A stretch of DNA of 64,000 bases, from positions 96,001-160,000 of IMG/VR virus record IMGVR_UViG_3300033067_001757; one strand, written 5' to 3'. Shown piece after piece: positions 1 to 10,780 of this stretch. Numbering within the stretch: the first letter of the stretch is position 1; the number at the start of each line of letters is the position of its first letter. The translations under genes and the position numbers were made by a program. Below the pieces are notes generated by a model, which worked only from the letters and a program-made list of their open reading frames with translations, did not search any database and was not told the origin of the DNA. This DNA is from a virus. Its lineage: Duplodnaviria; Caudoviricetes.

Positions 1-292
1 AAGCAGAATCCGTCTTATAACTACCGGTTGATGTATTAAAGTTTATTATCTGAACGAGACTCGACGTATTAAAATATGATGCAGTAAGAGCATAGCTTGC
101 TGATAATGCGTATGACGCTGACTGAGCATAAGAACTACTTAATGAACTGGTATTATTTATACCAGTAAGTCCCGAACCATCCCCGTAATAAGTCATGGCC
201 CTAACGACAGAAGCCGAAACAAATGTTTCAGCTTTTACCGATTTATAATATGCGTCAGCATCCCTTCTGTTTAATCCTGTGAATCCGGACAT
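1..292 (-). CDS. Partial (runs off window) Ser/Ala-rich tail-fibre-like structural protein
   Basis: Hand translation from ATG at 292: MSGFTGLNRRDADAYY...YYGDGSGLTGINNTSSLSSSYAQSASYALSASYALTASYFNTSS..., open to base 1. SASYA repeats as in neighbouring fibre genes. Confidence 0.7.
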   Translation of the reverse strand, partial: MSGFTGLNRRDADAYYKSVKAETFVSASVVRAMTYYGDGSGLTGINNTSSLSSSYAQSASYALSASYALTASYFNTSSLVQIINFNTSTGSYKTDSA

Positions 293-298
293 CTGATA

Positions 299-2146
299 TT
301 AGTTTGTTTCCAATATTACCACTTTCAATGTACTGTTTATAGTGAATGATGTTCCGGTTACTTTGATATCCTTGATAACAAATTTCTTTGTGTTACCACC
401 GGTTATCGTAGTGTTTCCGATAGTGATAGTACCCGATTCATCATAATACGTAACAGTAACCGTTGTAAACGGATTCTCGGCTACGAACATTGCGTTCTTG
501 AAAGTCTTGGCCCATTGACCATAACTGTCTGTTCTATTCCCAACTCTCCAGTATGATTGTTGAGCATCTGGATTAACCAGGTGTAATCTTCTTTCATATG
601 GCCCTGCAAGCAAATCAACTCCGTAATCGTCTTTATTAAGACTATCGGGTATGTTGAGCGCACCCTGTGGTGCCATGAAAGCTTCTATTGCTTTCTGCCG
701 GGCCGGGTTGATATTCTTCGCTAATAACTGAGATTTAAGAAATTGTCCATTAGCATTATTAGGTAAAAGCTTTATCTGTGCATTGTAATTGACCAACGTT
801 ACAGGGTTTACTACCACTCCATATTTTGCGACAGGAAACCTTATAGTATCAGCAACATCTATGGCATCATGTATATAGGAGATTCCACCGGTGCCGACAG
901 TATATTTATTGAATAATCTCATTGAGATAATGTTTCCATCATTGATGCTGGTGCAAAAAATATCTATACCGAGACCCATTGATTTCATAGGCAACGCAGC
1001 ATTTGTTCGCTGATCGTATGAAGAGTAACGTTGCATCATGGAGCCATCAGTCTCAGTACGAGACCAGGGTTTTTTGATTGTAGCAGTCACTTTACTACCG
1101 TCATAGTCTATTGGCGTGTGACCACCATTACCCTCTTTGATCCCGTCGTTTGGATAATTCTTCATTACATAATCCAGGTCTGAATAATCATTCCCCACAT
1201 TGAAAATGATCGGCCATGGGGAAATACTCTTTATCAACGCCCACAATTTATATCTAAAAGTTTTCCACTGATCGTCTGAAATATTATATTTTGGATCAAG
1301 CGGATCAGCTTTATATGGTTTAATATCACCCGTTGATCCCTCAGCCATATTCCAATACACAACAATATCACCATAGCCAGCATCAATTATATGCTGCTTT
1401 ATTTTCCTGTAAGCAGTATCCATCAACTTCATATAGATTGGATTCATATAGTCTGGATATAATGTCTCCTGGAACGCAGAATTAGTACCGGTAGGTTTTT
1501 TGGTATTTACTTTTGCTATGTTATATGGTGCCAGATAAAAGAAATCAGGTACACTCGGGCCTGTGAATATTTGTATACCAGCTTTTATACCACCTGTTTT
1601 ACAAGCAGCAAGTTCCTCATCGAGTGATGTCCAGTTCCACATTTCAGGTGTAATCCATATTTCAGATAAGTCCGTTGAAATGTTTGCACCTTTCAGATCG
1701 GGAAAAAGAGTCTGTACATTCTTTAGTGTTGTACGTCCATAGTTAAAGTATCCTACTGATGTTGGTTGAGAGATTATTACTTTTGGTATGATAGAATCGC
1801 ACCAACCTTTAGTGATATCATAGTGTGATGAAAACGATGTGTCTATACTAAAAAGAATATAAACAGGAGTATAAACCGTATCAAATTTTATATACCACTG
1901 ATATTTTCCGATTCGCGGATTTATCTCTGCTCTCGGTCTTTCTGTAAGCTTTCCATTTATTAATAATGGTTTCTGAACAGTATCAAAATTGTATTTGTAT
2001 GACGTATCGGGAACCGTTATCTGAACTGTGCATGGTACTTTAACTGTGTCGGATTGTGATATAGGAATTATGTTCCCTTTTGTGGTAGTTTGAGCAAAAG
2101 TTACTGTGCTGAATATAAGCATCAGTATGAAAAATATATTTTTCAT
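299..2146 (-). CDS. Signal-peptide-bearing glycoside-hydrolase-like (clan GH-A/GH42-like TIM barrel) protein
   Basis: Sec-type signal MKNIFFILMLIFSTVTFA|Q. WNWTSLDEEL...PDYMNP...YWNMAEGSTGD pattern. Full-length similarity to 28611..30497. Confidence 0.55.
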   Translation of the reverse strand: MKNIFFILMLIFSTVTFAQTTTKGNIIPISQSDTVKVPCTVQITVPDTSYKYNFDTVQKPLLINGKLTERPRAEINPRIGKYQWYIKFDTVYTPVYILFSIDTSFSSHYDITKGWCDSIIPKVIISQPTSVGYFNYGRTTLKNVQTLFPDLKGANISTDLSEIWITPEMWNWTSLDEELAACKTGGIKAGIQIFTGPSVPDFFYLAPYNIAKVNTKKPTGTNSAFQETLYPDYMNPIYMKLMDTAYRKIKQHIIDAGYGDIVVYWNMAEGSTGDIKPYKADPLDPKYNISDDQWKTFRYKLWALIKSISPWPIIFNVGNDYSDLDYVMKNYPNDGIKEGNGGHTPIDYDGSKVTATIKKPWSRTETDGSMMQRYSSYDQRTNAALPMKSMGLGIDIFCTSINDGNIISMRLFNKYTVGTGGISYIHDAIDVADTIRFPVAKYGVVVNPVTLVNYNAQIKLLPNNANGQFLKSQLLAKNINPARQKAIEAFMAPQGALNIPDSLNKDDYGVDLLAGPYERRLHLVNPDAQQSYWRVGNRTDSYGQWAKTFKNAMFVAENPFTTVTVTYYDESGTITIGNTTITGGNTKKFVIKDIKVTGTSFTINSTLKVVILETN

Positions 2147-2168
2147 ATTATAAATTCTAATTTTATAT

Positions 2169-3722
2169 TTATAAACTTGTTATTGTTTCCCACACAGCTC
2201 CGGTATAGATACATAACTTATGTAATGTTAAATCGTACACAATTAGTCCCTCGGCTGGAGAGGTAATTGCATTTTTTTGCGTAGTTGTCATCCGTGGAAA
2301 CAGAAATCCTTGGGTAGTACTTGTAACATCAACGATTGATGTGGCTGCAGGTGTTGGTGTACCAAAACCTACTCGACCATCCGCTTTAAATGTTACTCTA
2401 TCTAATTCTGTTGCTAATGTTGTTCCTGTAGAACCGGTATTTGCTCCTCTTATCACAACATCTCCTGTACTTCCGGTACCTGTACCAAGACCACCTACCA
2501 GATATAAGTTACTTCCAGAAATATCTGTACCACTTCCGATTACCGCCCTAATTGTTCCTGGTATTGTTGTTGCCAACGCATTACCATAAGCGGTGGGTAA
2601 GTTGTTATTTATAACCGTTAAACCATTTGTAGTCGCTGAAATGTTTGTAAAAAAAGTAACGTTCGGATAATTTCTCCCATATATCATACCTCCACCTCCA
2701 TTCATTCCAACTGATATGGAAGCGGCAACTAAACCAGGAAATCCAGTACCATTGTTAGAAGCTATAGTTATTGTTCCACCATTTCCGGTTATAACAGCGG
2801 TAGGTGCCGATCCTAAACCGGCTGCTGTAACTTTAAATCCAGAAATACCTGCAACTTGTGCATCAATCAAATTACCAGTAAATCCACTAGCCGCATTTAC
2901 ACCAAAACCTGATCCAGACGGATTCCATCCTGTTGATGTTGTACCCGCTGGTTCTATTAGAAATAATGGCTTTGTAGTAGTAGATGAACCACTTGAATAC
3001 CATGATCCTGAGAATACTGCTACAGGAGTACTAACTCTACCGTTCCCAGTCGATATCAATGTTCCATCAAATCGCGATGAACCAGACACAAGTAATGCAT
3101 AACTTGAACTCACACTACCAGATGGAACACCATCAATATAAACAGTCGCACATAAAGATGCTGTACCAGCCGTTTCTACTATGGTAAATGGCTTAAACGC
3201 TGCTGATGCAACTATAGGACATTGACCCGGTGTAGTGATTGTAATTGATGAAGTGGCCACCATAAATAATGCCCCGGCGGAACCACCGCCTAAAGTCACA
3301 GTCCGGCTTCCTATACTCATATTGAAAGCTGTAGCATTTGTGCTTCCACACATTTGATATCCTAAAACTGCGGTTGATGCAAAACCTGTATTAAATGGGT
3401 GTGTTACAGTACCGTAAGTAAACGTACCCGCTGAAGTAATTGTTAAATTAGCAGCAACTGTTACCAACTGATTGAAGTTAAATCCACCACCGATAGTTAA
3501 TGTTGATGAAACTCCTGTAAGAGTTATTCCAATACCGTTAGACACAGTCAATCTCCCGGTCGAATCAACAGTAAACTGTGTAGGGCTATTAGGTTTATTC
3601 GGATTGAATATTCGCAATTGCTCAGTGAGACCAGTAAGCGTTACCCTCTGATTAAATGTCTTTCGCCCCTGAACTAGCTCGTATCCTGATGGAACACCAT
3701 TAAATAATTCACTATGTGTCAT
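2169..3722 (-). CDS. Tail fibre / beta-rich virion protein
   Basis: Gly/Thr/Ser-rich. C-terminal GFGTPTP..VDVTSTTQGFLFPRMTTTQKNAITSPAEGLIVYD module, typical of Bacteroidota fibre-like proteins. Confidence 0.65.
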   Translation of the reverse strand: MTHSELFNGVPSGYELVQGRKTFNQRVTLTGLTEQLRIFNPNKPNSPTQFTVDSTGRLTVSNGIGITLTGVSSTLTIGGGFNFNQLVTVAANLTITSAGTFTYGTVTHPFNTGFASTAVLGYQMCGSTNATAFNMSIGSRTVTLGGGSAGALFMVATSSITITTPGQCPIVASAAFKPFTIVETAGTASLCATVYIDGVPSGSVSSSYALLVSGSSRFDGTLISTGNGRVSTPVAVFSGSWYSSGSSTTTKPLFLIEPAGTTSTGWNPSGSGFGVNAASGFTGNLIDAQVAGISGFKVTAAGLGSAPTAVITGNGGTITIASNNGTGFPGLVAASISVGMNGGGGMIYGRNYPNVTFFTNISATTNGLTVINNNLPTAYGNALATTIPGTIRAVIGSGTDISGSNLYLVGGLGTGTGSTGDVVIRGANTGSTGTTLATELDRVTFKADGRVGFGTPTPAATSIVDVTSTTQGFLFPRMTTTQKNAITSPAEGLIVYDLTLHKLCIYTGAVWETITSL

Positions 3723-4195
3723 TAAAAATCTCCTGCTTTTGTAACAACACTCATTCTATCTTGTACACCAGCGAATATAGATTGAGTAACCTTTATTTTA
3801 TAACCAGCATTTACTATCAAACCACCATTATTACCAATTGATACTACTGTACCGGCGGTATTCGTATAAGTTCCATTGACAAAATCAAAAAATCCATATG
3901 CACCCGCTACAGTATTAGAAGCTGCCACACTTGTGATAACACCTTCCGCAATTAAACCTATATTAGCATCCGATGCATCTGTTACCCATATCCTGGCAAC
4001 CATGGTACCCGATAAAGCCGCAGCTGTAGCCTGAGCTGAGGTCCATCTGATCCAATCTACACGGGTACCATTAGTACCTGCGGTAAGTAATGTAACTAAT
4101 GTTCCAGAACCATCTCTGGCTGTATTAGCTGCTGCAATAACTGCGGCTGGACAATTGGGTACTAATGGAAATATTGGTGAAGTATTCGCGGCCAT
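3722..4195 (-). CDS. Small virion structural protein
   Basis: 157 aa, AANT.PIF...DGSGTLVTL.TAG.NG.RVD pattern. Translationally coupled within the fibre cluster. Confidence 0.55.
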   Translation of the reverse strand: MAANTSPIFPLVPNCPAAVIAAANTARDGSGTLVTLLTAGTNGTRVDWIRWTSAQATAAALSGTMVARIWVTDASDANIGLIAEGVITSVAASNTVAGAYGFFDFVNGTYTNTAGTVVSIGNNGGLIVNAGYKIKVTQSIFAGVQDRMSVVTKAGDF

Positions 4196-4197
4196 TC

Positions 4198-4425
4198 TTA
4201 GCTAGCTTTTAATTGAAAGAATAATAATATGCACATCAACGCGTTATCGACACTTACTCCTTTAGCTGTTGCTGATTGAATATATTGATCAATCGACTCA
4301 TAGGTAGAATTGACCATTGTAAGTAGTCCTTCTTTGGTTTTTTGGCATTCAGGAGTATTAGCATACATTTCACATGCTATCGATGTCAACAGATTATCAA
4401 TCTGACTTTGGTATTGTAGTTCCAT
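4198..4425 (-). CDS. Hypothetical protein
   Basis: 75-aa ORF tightly packed in the operon. Confidence 0.55.
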   Translation of the reverse strand: MELQYQSQIDNLLTSIACEMYANTPECQKTKEGLLTMVNSTYESIDQYIQSATAKGVSVDNALMCILLFFQLKAS

Positions 4426-4430
4426 TATGA

Positions 4431-6467
4431 TTAAAATAAATTGTAATAACTATATAATTTGTTTCCAGAAGAATTATTATCTACATATGTCTTTACAGCA
4501 TTCTGAGAAGGATACAATGTATTGGAAGTACCAAGAGTTGTAGTGGTACTCTTATTACTAACATCTTCCTTCAACGCAAGTGAGGCTGATACCGAACCCG
4601 ATAATAAATATATACTCGATGAAGTATTTGTAATCCTAAGATCGAATGAAGTACTTGCCGCATAATAAGACGAAGTGAACGTATTATAACTCGAACTCAG
4701 AGAAAATAATGACGAAGAATCATTTGATATTCTGGAATTGAATGAAGCAGAATCGTTATTAATACTTGAACTAAGTGTATTAAAAGAACTCGTGAGTGTA
4801 TAATAGGGAGCATATGAAGCGGTGTATGCATAGCTGGAACTAAACGCCCATGAAGCACTTACTGAAGCACTGGATGATACTGCATACGAAGCACTCAAAG
4901 CTTGTGATGCATATGACGAGGTACCGAGTAAACTTCCAGTAAATGATTGCGCTGTTACGCTACCTGTGACATACAATGATCCGGAAACATATACAGATCC
5001 GGTGATCACCTCATCTCCAAAAAATCTATTACTACCTGTAGTAACAAACGATGCGGTATCTATAGATTGACCGGTGCTTCCTGTTGGAATTGTTATGCTG
5101 CCACTATTATCAGCAAATATTCCATTAACCGATGCTACTAATACCGCTGTGGCGTCTGGTAAATAAATAGTATGATTAGATGTTGTAACTTCATTAGTCA
5201 AGAATGTTTTTATGCTACCACTACGAACATAAATACCTTTAGTGGATATTCTACCATTAGCATCGAGACCAAAAACATAACCGTCCGGATCATTAGTCTT
5301 TAAAAACGCATCTGCTTCTATGCTCGCAGTAGTAGTGTTACCAATGTTAGTAACGCTTTGTAAATCTTGCAGAGAACCGGTTGCAGATGATGTAAAATTT
5401 CTTATACGGTCATCGAAAGATGCTGAATCAATATTATATGATGCAGTTGTTACAAATGAAGATGTATCAAATGAAACGCTGCCACCCGAACCTGTAACAA
5501 CCCATGATAATACACCGTTAGTATTTTGTATAGTTGTGGTACCACTTCCGGAAGCATTTGGCCAAACATATGACAATCCTGCTATCGTAAACGTCCTAGT
5601 ACCTGGTACATATTTAAATTGTGCGGAGCCTTTAGATAATTCTTTAGGATTTGCAGTATATAAAGGAATCTGATTTACCCTTTGGATACCGCTGACTTTC
5701 TGTGTTATATAATAGTTAGAACCTGAAATAGATTCATATACAATATCGTCCGTACCCATTACCGGTGTTTCGGTTTGCTGTCCGAATAATAATCCTTTAT
5801 TAATTGAACCTGTTACAGGAATAACAATCTGAGGATCAAACTCAGCAGTTTCATTGGCATCACTCGTTCTCGTTAAAATAACAGGTGCTGTGGAAGAACC
5901 TGTTTGTGATAGTGAATACGGTCCGTTCTGCAAAGAAGATGTTTGATTCTTTACAAGTACACGATCATTTAGTGACAATACAGCACCGTCGACAGACGGG
6001 AAAACAAAATTTAAAACACTCGTCAGCGTGGCTCCGATACCTGAAGAACCATTATTGTATATGTAACCACTCAGCGACGATGTTGTTGCTGCTACAACCG
6101 TAATAGGTGTAATACCATACGATGAAGTATTGATATTATTGATCCTATCATTAAACGATGCAGAATCAGAATAATATGAAGCAGTTAGAAGATAATTAGA
6201 TTCACTGGTAAATACATTACGTATCTGTAACAGAAACGATGATGAATCAATATAGTACGACGACGTTAAAAGATACTTAGATTCGCTTTGGAATACATTA
6301 TTGATACGAACATCAAAGGAAGAACTATCCGTTCTGTATGAGGCTGTAAACGCATTAAATGATGAGGTAGAGGTATAACCAATCACATTACCCTGGAAAC
6401 TTCCTGAGAAACTCCCGGTAAACGACCCTGATAACGGTTGCTCTAACTGTGATGAATTGATTAACAT
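4431..6467 (-). CDS. Fibre / head-decoration-like structural protein
   Basis: DSASF/SASYA repeats. VDGAVLSLNDRVLVKNQT..NGPY domain common in phage fibres. Confidence 0.65.
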   Translation of the reverse strand: MLINSSQLEQPLSGSFTGSFSGSFQGNVIGYTSTSSFNAFTASYRTDSSSFDVRINNVFQSESKYLLTSSYYIDSSSFLLQIRNVFTSESNYLLTASYYSDSASFNDRINNINTSSYGITPITVVAATTSSLSGYIYNNGSSGIGATLTSVLNFVFPSVDGAVLSLNDRVLVKNQTSSLQNGPYSLSQTGSSTAPVILTRTSDANETAEFDPQIVIPVTGSINKGLLFGQQTETPVMGTDDIVYESISGSNYYITQKVSGIQRVNQIPLYTANPKELSKGSAQFKYVPGTRTFTIAGLSYVWPNASGSGTTTIQNTNGVLSWVVTGSGGSVSFDTSSFVTTASYNIDSASFDDRIRNFTSSATGSLQDLQSVTNIGNTTTASIEADAFLKTNDPDGYVFGLDANGRISTKGIYVRSGSIKTFLTNEVTTSNHTIYLPDATAVLVASVNGIFADNSGSITIPTGSTGQSIDTASFVTTGSNRFFGDEVITGSVYVSGSLYVTGSVTAQSFTGSLLGTSSYASQALSASYAVSSSASVSASWAFSSSYAYTASYAPYYTLTSSFNTLSSSINNDSASFNSRISNDSSSLFSLSSSYNTFTSSYYAASTSFDLRITNTSSSIYLLSGSVSASLALKEDVSNKSTTTTLGTSNTLYPSQNAVKTYVDNNSSGNKLYSYYNLF

Positions 6468-6468
6468 A

Positions 6469-7692
6469 TTATGCGAACTTGCCTACGGCGTATACTTCCC
6501 AGGTTGATATAAATGAAAATCCTACTTCTGCAGGATTGATAACAAGAGTGCAGGTGTTGTCACCGTTATCAACGAAACTTACAATACCATTTGGCTCCAG
6601 TAATTGTCCATTAACAAAGAATTCAAACTTACTAACATCGGTAGGAGGTAAACTCGGAGTCGGTGATGGTAAGAATGATGCTGGGAATATAGCAGTTGTC
6701 GTAGTAACAGTAGTTGCCAATACCATTTTATTAGTATTAAGATATGTAAGAATATTAGGATCAATAGTACCACTACCACCACCTGCCGATCTCGTTGGTA
6801 TGGGATATGAAACAACACTACTTGCTTTACCGATATTTGCAGTAGTGATATCAATACCACCTACCACCTCTGTTTTGAATACGACCTGAGCTTTTGAAAA
6901 GAATCTTTTATAGTCCGTGGTTAAGAATTTATTTATTGAGTCTGGAATAACATATCCATTCAGGACGATATTAAACTGAGACATAAACTTTCTATCATCA
7001 CCTTGCTCTATTTGTTGTGTAATTGGCATTGCATCTATACGGGCCTGGTAAGTGAATTTATTAGGTTGGCCCCAGTAGGAATCTGAACGATAAAAAATAT
7101 CTTCGATGATGCGTAAGATATCTTCCATCATATTGGTATAAATCACACATGTGAATGTAAGCTTATGGTAATCCGGTACAATGAACGATCCGTATTCTTC
7201 TACCGGTACCCGATTGGTGAGTACTGAGAAAGTGTCATAAAAATTTTTATTTGAATAACGCTTTTTATATATCTGATAATTATGAACTTTATTACCGTCA
7301 AGTTTATTACCCAGTTCCCGGTTCTTTTCAATGTTATCAAGCTTCACCGATATTACCGGGAATAATACCTGACCTTCTTTATCTCTGAAAGCACCATCTC
7401 GTTGAGCGGATTTCCAACGCTCAGGTGCCGCATAGATAACAGGGATATTAATCCTTGTACCTTCTTCTATAACCGAACATTTTATTACCTCTTTGAAGTA
7501 ATACATAATCCCATCAACAATATCCTGGAATCCGTTAGAAATATCCTTTATGTCTTCTCCTCGTAACGACACATCATTACCCCTCTTAGATACATCAACC
7601 GGTGGTTTACCTAGTTCTGGTATATAAGGATGGATATTGTTATTGGTTATCTCAGCTTGAGATTTAGGGATGTTCTTTATCGTTTCGGGCAT
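6469..7692 (-). CDS. Tail terminator / sheath stabiliser, T4 gp15-like
   Basis: IPVIYAAPERW...FPVISV motif; position after gp13/gp14-like genes. Confidence 0.65.
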   Translation of the reverse strand: MPETIKNIPKSQAEITNNNIHPYIPELGKPPVDVSKRGNDVSLRGEDIKDISNGFQDIVDGIMYYFKEVIKCSVIEEGTRINIPVIYAAPERWKSAQRDGAFRDKEGQVLFPVISVKLDNIEKNRELGNKLDGNKVHNYQIYKKRYSNKNFYDTFSVLTNRVPVEEYGSFIVPDYHKLTFTCVIYTNMMEDILRIIEDIFYRSDSYWGQPNKFTYQARIDAMPITQQIEQGDDRKFMSQFNIVLNGYVIPDSINKFLTTDYKRFFSKAQVVFKTEVVGGIDITTANIGKASSVVSYPIPTRSAGGGSGTIDPNILTYLNTNKMVLATTVTTTTAIFPASFLPSPTPSLPPTDVSKFEFFVNGQLLEPNGIVSFVDNGDNTCTLVINPAEVGFSFISTWEVYAVGKFA

Positions 7693-8180
7693 TATCTGCT
7701 CTTAATTATATTTAATTTGTTGTGTTTAGTTAAGTGTGACTTGCATATTATTGACCATGACTCACCATATAATTGACTATCTTCTTCCAATGAATAGTCT
7801 GGATTTTTACCCATTATTCGTTGATTAACTATAGTATTATCAACTTCAAAATAATTTTCTTCCCACAGGATTATATCCCCCTTCTCTGGTACCAGATTAA
7901 GTTCAATGAGATCTGCTTGTAAGAAACGAAAATCTACCTGTTGTGTTGTAGTTAAACCAGTTTCAATGTATGGTGAATCTGGATCTTCCGGTACAATTGA
8001 ACATACGAGAAGAATAGGCTGATGATAAATTTTATTCTTTGATTCACCGAATACATTTACGTTTGTTTCTCTTAGAGACAGTTTATAATAAATAACTTCT
8101 TGAGAGATTATTTTACGCATCACCTGGCGGTTATGATGACGAAAAAAACTTTTTGCTTTAGGTCCTGTATATAGTGGCAT
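7692..8180 (-). CDS. Head-closure / neck protein, T4 gp14-like
   Basis: VIYYKL...NVFGES..K...PEKGDIILW pattern and synteny. Confidence 0.65.
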   Translation of the reverse strand: MPLYTGPKAKSFFRHHNRQVMRKIISQEVIYYKLSLRETNVNVFGESKNKIYHQPILLVCSIVPEDPDSPYIETGLTTTQQVDFRFLQADLIELNLVPEKGDIILWEENYFEVDNTIVNQRIMGKNPDYSLEEDSQLYGESWSIICKSHLTKHNKLNIIKSR

Positions 8181-8186
8181 ATTAAA

Positions 8187-9356
8187 TTATCCAATTATTA
8201 TAGGCATCGGAAAATTTACCAAAGTATCTTTCATATTAGACGCCTCCTGAGCCTTCATTTCCATTTGTTTTTGTCTACTCGTACTGTCTAATGTTTCACG
8301 CAAACTTGTAATCAGTTTTTCCTGATCGTTAGATGCCTGAGTTAAAAGATCAGTACCGTTGACATTTATTTCCGTTCCGGGAAATGGTGTACCTGAATAT
8401 GTATTTCTAATGTTACCGAGTATTTCTTTAGCAACGGCCAAACCATAATCGAATATCCATTTACGCCCAGGTGAATTAATCTGTGAATAATTAATTTCAT
8501 CATAAGGAACATTACTAATGTTAGTAACGAGACTTGTACCAGAATTTCTCACCAGACTACTTCTTTCCGATTGTTTAATATAAGTAAACCAAAGTTTCTT
8601 ATCGTCATATATCGGCACCGGAAATATCCTGAGCTTATTGTTTATTAGTTCAAATGTAAATGCGGACTTGCGTATCTGATCATTAAATTCAATAGCTTGC
8701 ACACGAAGTACATCAGCATACGCCGGCATCAACATAAAATTAATAGCCGGTGACAAGTTACCAAATCCGAACGATTGCATCAAATCCTGCAGTCCTATAC
8801 CAGTACCAGCATAAGGATCACCAAATCTATTTACAGCAGGCGTACCTTCATAGAAGATTCTTTTTATCTCAATAGTGTCACCCGGTTGTAAAGATGCTGA
8901 TTGACTGGCCCAAAAATCAAGATCGTAAAACTGTTGACCAGGTATCATCTGCAATGAACCTGAATAGTAATTTATATTACCTCCGGAACCGACCTCTGAA
9001 CCATAATCTTTCGCAATACGAAGTAAATTTGCAAAGTTGGGCTGGATTAATGTGGTATTCAGATTGCTGCCGGTTGAACTACCTTCCATAGAAAGATAAT
9101 TCTCACGAATCTTATACTCATATAATTCTTTACCATATACAGTAACAGCATCTTCTAAAGCTGCATAGAAATTGATATCCTGCAACTCCACTTCCATGAT
9201 AGGATAACCTAATCTTCTTGCTCCGAATTTAGCAAACTTCTGACCAGCAATCTGAAATTGAGGATCATCATCATAGTACCCAAAAGGAGTATTCCCACTT
9301 ACTGGTAAGAGGGATACATCTTCATTATAATAAAGTATTTCTGTTATCGCTGCCAT
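8187..9356 (-). CDS. Neck (head-tail adaptor) protein, T4 gp13-like
   Basis: RRLGYPIMEVEL N-terminal motif and WIFDYGLAVAKEILG.IR C-terminal motif. Confidence 0.75.
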   Translation of the reverse strand: MAAITEILYYNEDVSLLPVSGNTPFGYYDDDPQFQIAGQKFAKFGARRLGYPIMEVELQDINFYAALEDAVTVYGKELYEYKIRENYLSMEGSSTGSNLNTTLIQPNFANLLRIAKDYGSEVGSGGNINYYSGSLQMIPGQQFYDLDFWASQSASLQPGDTIEIKRIFYEGTPAVNRFGDPYAGTGIGLQDLMQSFGFGNLSPAINFMLMPAYADVLRVQAIEFNDQIRKSAFTFELINNKLRIFPVPIYDDKKLWFTYIKQSERSSLVRNSGTSLVTNISNVPYDEINYSQINSPGRKWIFDYGLAVAKEILGNIRNTYSGTPFPGTEINVNGTDLLTQASNDQEKLITSLRETLDSTSRQKQMEMKAQEASNMKDTLVNFPMPIIIG

Positions 9357-9360
9357 TGTA

Positions 9361-9370
9361 TATAAATATC
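9361..9370 (-). promoter_or_regulatory. Late promoter motif GATATTTATA (representative of at least 14 copies)
   Basis: Coding-strand ATATTTAT a short distance upstream of structural-gene starts; full list in findings. Confidence 0.75.
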
Positions 9371-9372
9371 AG

Positions 9373-10068
9373 TTAGGCTCTCAATTCAGAAAATACCTTA
9401 AGGATGTCTTCTACTATTGGATGACGATGATTAGTTTGGAGTGATACTGTTGCGAATCCGGGAATATCCTTCATATGCTTGTAAAGTATGTCAAAACCAG
9501 AATCGGCCTTTTTCTTCAAATCTATCTGGGCTGAGTCACCACAGATAACAATCTTCGATCCGATGCATAAACGACCCAGAATAAGCTCTAATTGATTCTG
9601 TGTAGCATTTTGCGCCTCATCGACTATTACGAATACTTTTGAAAAGTTCCATCCACGAAGAAAACCGATAGGAATAACTTCGATGAGACCATCTGAAATA
9701 AGCTTATCGATATTTTGCTTGGTATCAAGACGATACATATTTGCATATACAGGGTCGCTAAATGGTGCCATTTTATCATCTTTACTACCTGGTAGAAATC
9801 CGATGTCTTCTCCTGCTGTGATTGCGGGTCTTGCGATGATAACTTTTTCAATACCGTCTGAATGTTTATGTAAACAATCGAGTGCTACCTGCGCGGCAAG
9901 TAAGGATTTACCGGAGCCGGCTTTACCTTTTATAACTGTGACAGTATTGTTGAGAATTATGTCTTTGGCTACTTTTTGTTCTTCGTTAAGAGAGAGATTA
10001 AATTTACGTGGAGTCTTTGGTATTTTCTTTTCTTTATAAACCTGGTCACTATGTGGTTTAGAACTCAT
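9373..10068 (-). CDS. phoH: PhoH-like ATPase
   Basis: GKAGSGKS Walker A, ARP...IGFLPG, RGWNF, IVDEAQN, GDSAQID, RHP motifs. Start moved to ATG 10068, downstream of the late-promoter motif. Confidence 0.92.
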   Translation of the reverse strand: MSSKPHSDQVYKEKKIPKTPRKFNLSLNEEQKVAKDIILNNTVTVIKGKAGSGKSLLAAQVALDCLHKHSDGIEKVIIARPAITAGEDIGFLPGSKDDKMAPFSDPVYANMYRLDTKQNIDKLISDGLIEVIPIGFLRGWNFSKVFVIVDEAQNATQNQLELILGRLCIGSKIVICGDSAQIDLKKKADSGFDILYKHMKDIPGFATVSLQTNHRHPIVEDILKVFSELRA

Positions 10069-10105
10069 GAAATATTGGTTTGATATAAATATCAATCACG
10101 AGACA

Positions 10106-10684
10106 TCAAGCTAAAACTTTTCTATATCGTCCATCGGAACCTTTCTCAATATCCTTTCTTTTACGGAGATTATCACACCTTTCCTGATACTTATCTCGAC
10201 CTTCTTCACCGTAACGTTCAATAAACCAATCCAAAGAAAAGCGACCCTTGGCCTTTTGTTTTTGTAATTCTATAGATTCCGGTCTATGTTTCTTCCCATA
10301 CATTGCATTATTTTCACCACTGCTTAATATACTTTGATTCTTAACGAACTCATAATACTTATCGGTATCGCGTAATCCATCCCAAATATCTCCACCATCT
10401 TCTGTTTGATACATACTATTATATCCTTCTAACACTGAATTATATTCTAATATATATTTCAATTCTTTCGTTATTGCTTCTTCAATTGTATCAGCTTCAT
10501 CAATTATTTCTTTGATCATATTGTCCCAGCCATATTTTCGAATAGCATTATATAAATGCCATTTTACATCTTTGGTAGATCGATATTTATGTGATTTCAT
10601 TCTGTCGTAGAAATCGTTTGTTCTACCGATGTATACCTTACCGTTGGGAGATGTTATCTTATAAATTACAAAATTTGGATTCAT
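10106..10684 (-). mobile_element. Free-standing GIY-YIG homing endonuclease with NUMOD3-like motif
   Basis: VIYKITSPNGKVYIGRT and GENNAMYGKKH; sits between capsid gene and phoH. Confidence 0.85.
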
Positions 10685-10728
10685 AGAATTCGGATTTTTA
10701 TTTTAATTGAGTTTTTAGGAAGAGAGAT

Positions 10729-10760
10729 AAAAAAGAGCAAGACGTAATGCTTGCTCTTAA
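10729..10760 (-). terminator. Intrinsic terminator after major capsid gene
   Basis: Minus strand AAGAGCAAG-cattacgt-CTTGCTCTT followed by a T run. Confidence 0.8.
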
Positions 10761-10780
10761 TTTTATAAGGAAAATTAGGG

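Noticed and set aside
1-6467. Diversity-generating retroelement acting on fibre genes
   Set aside because: No reverse transcriptase and no adenine-variant TR/VR repeat pair were seen; the repeats are at protein level (SASYA, DSASF).
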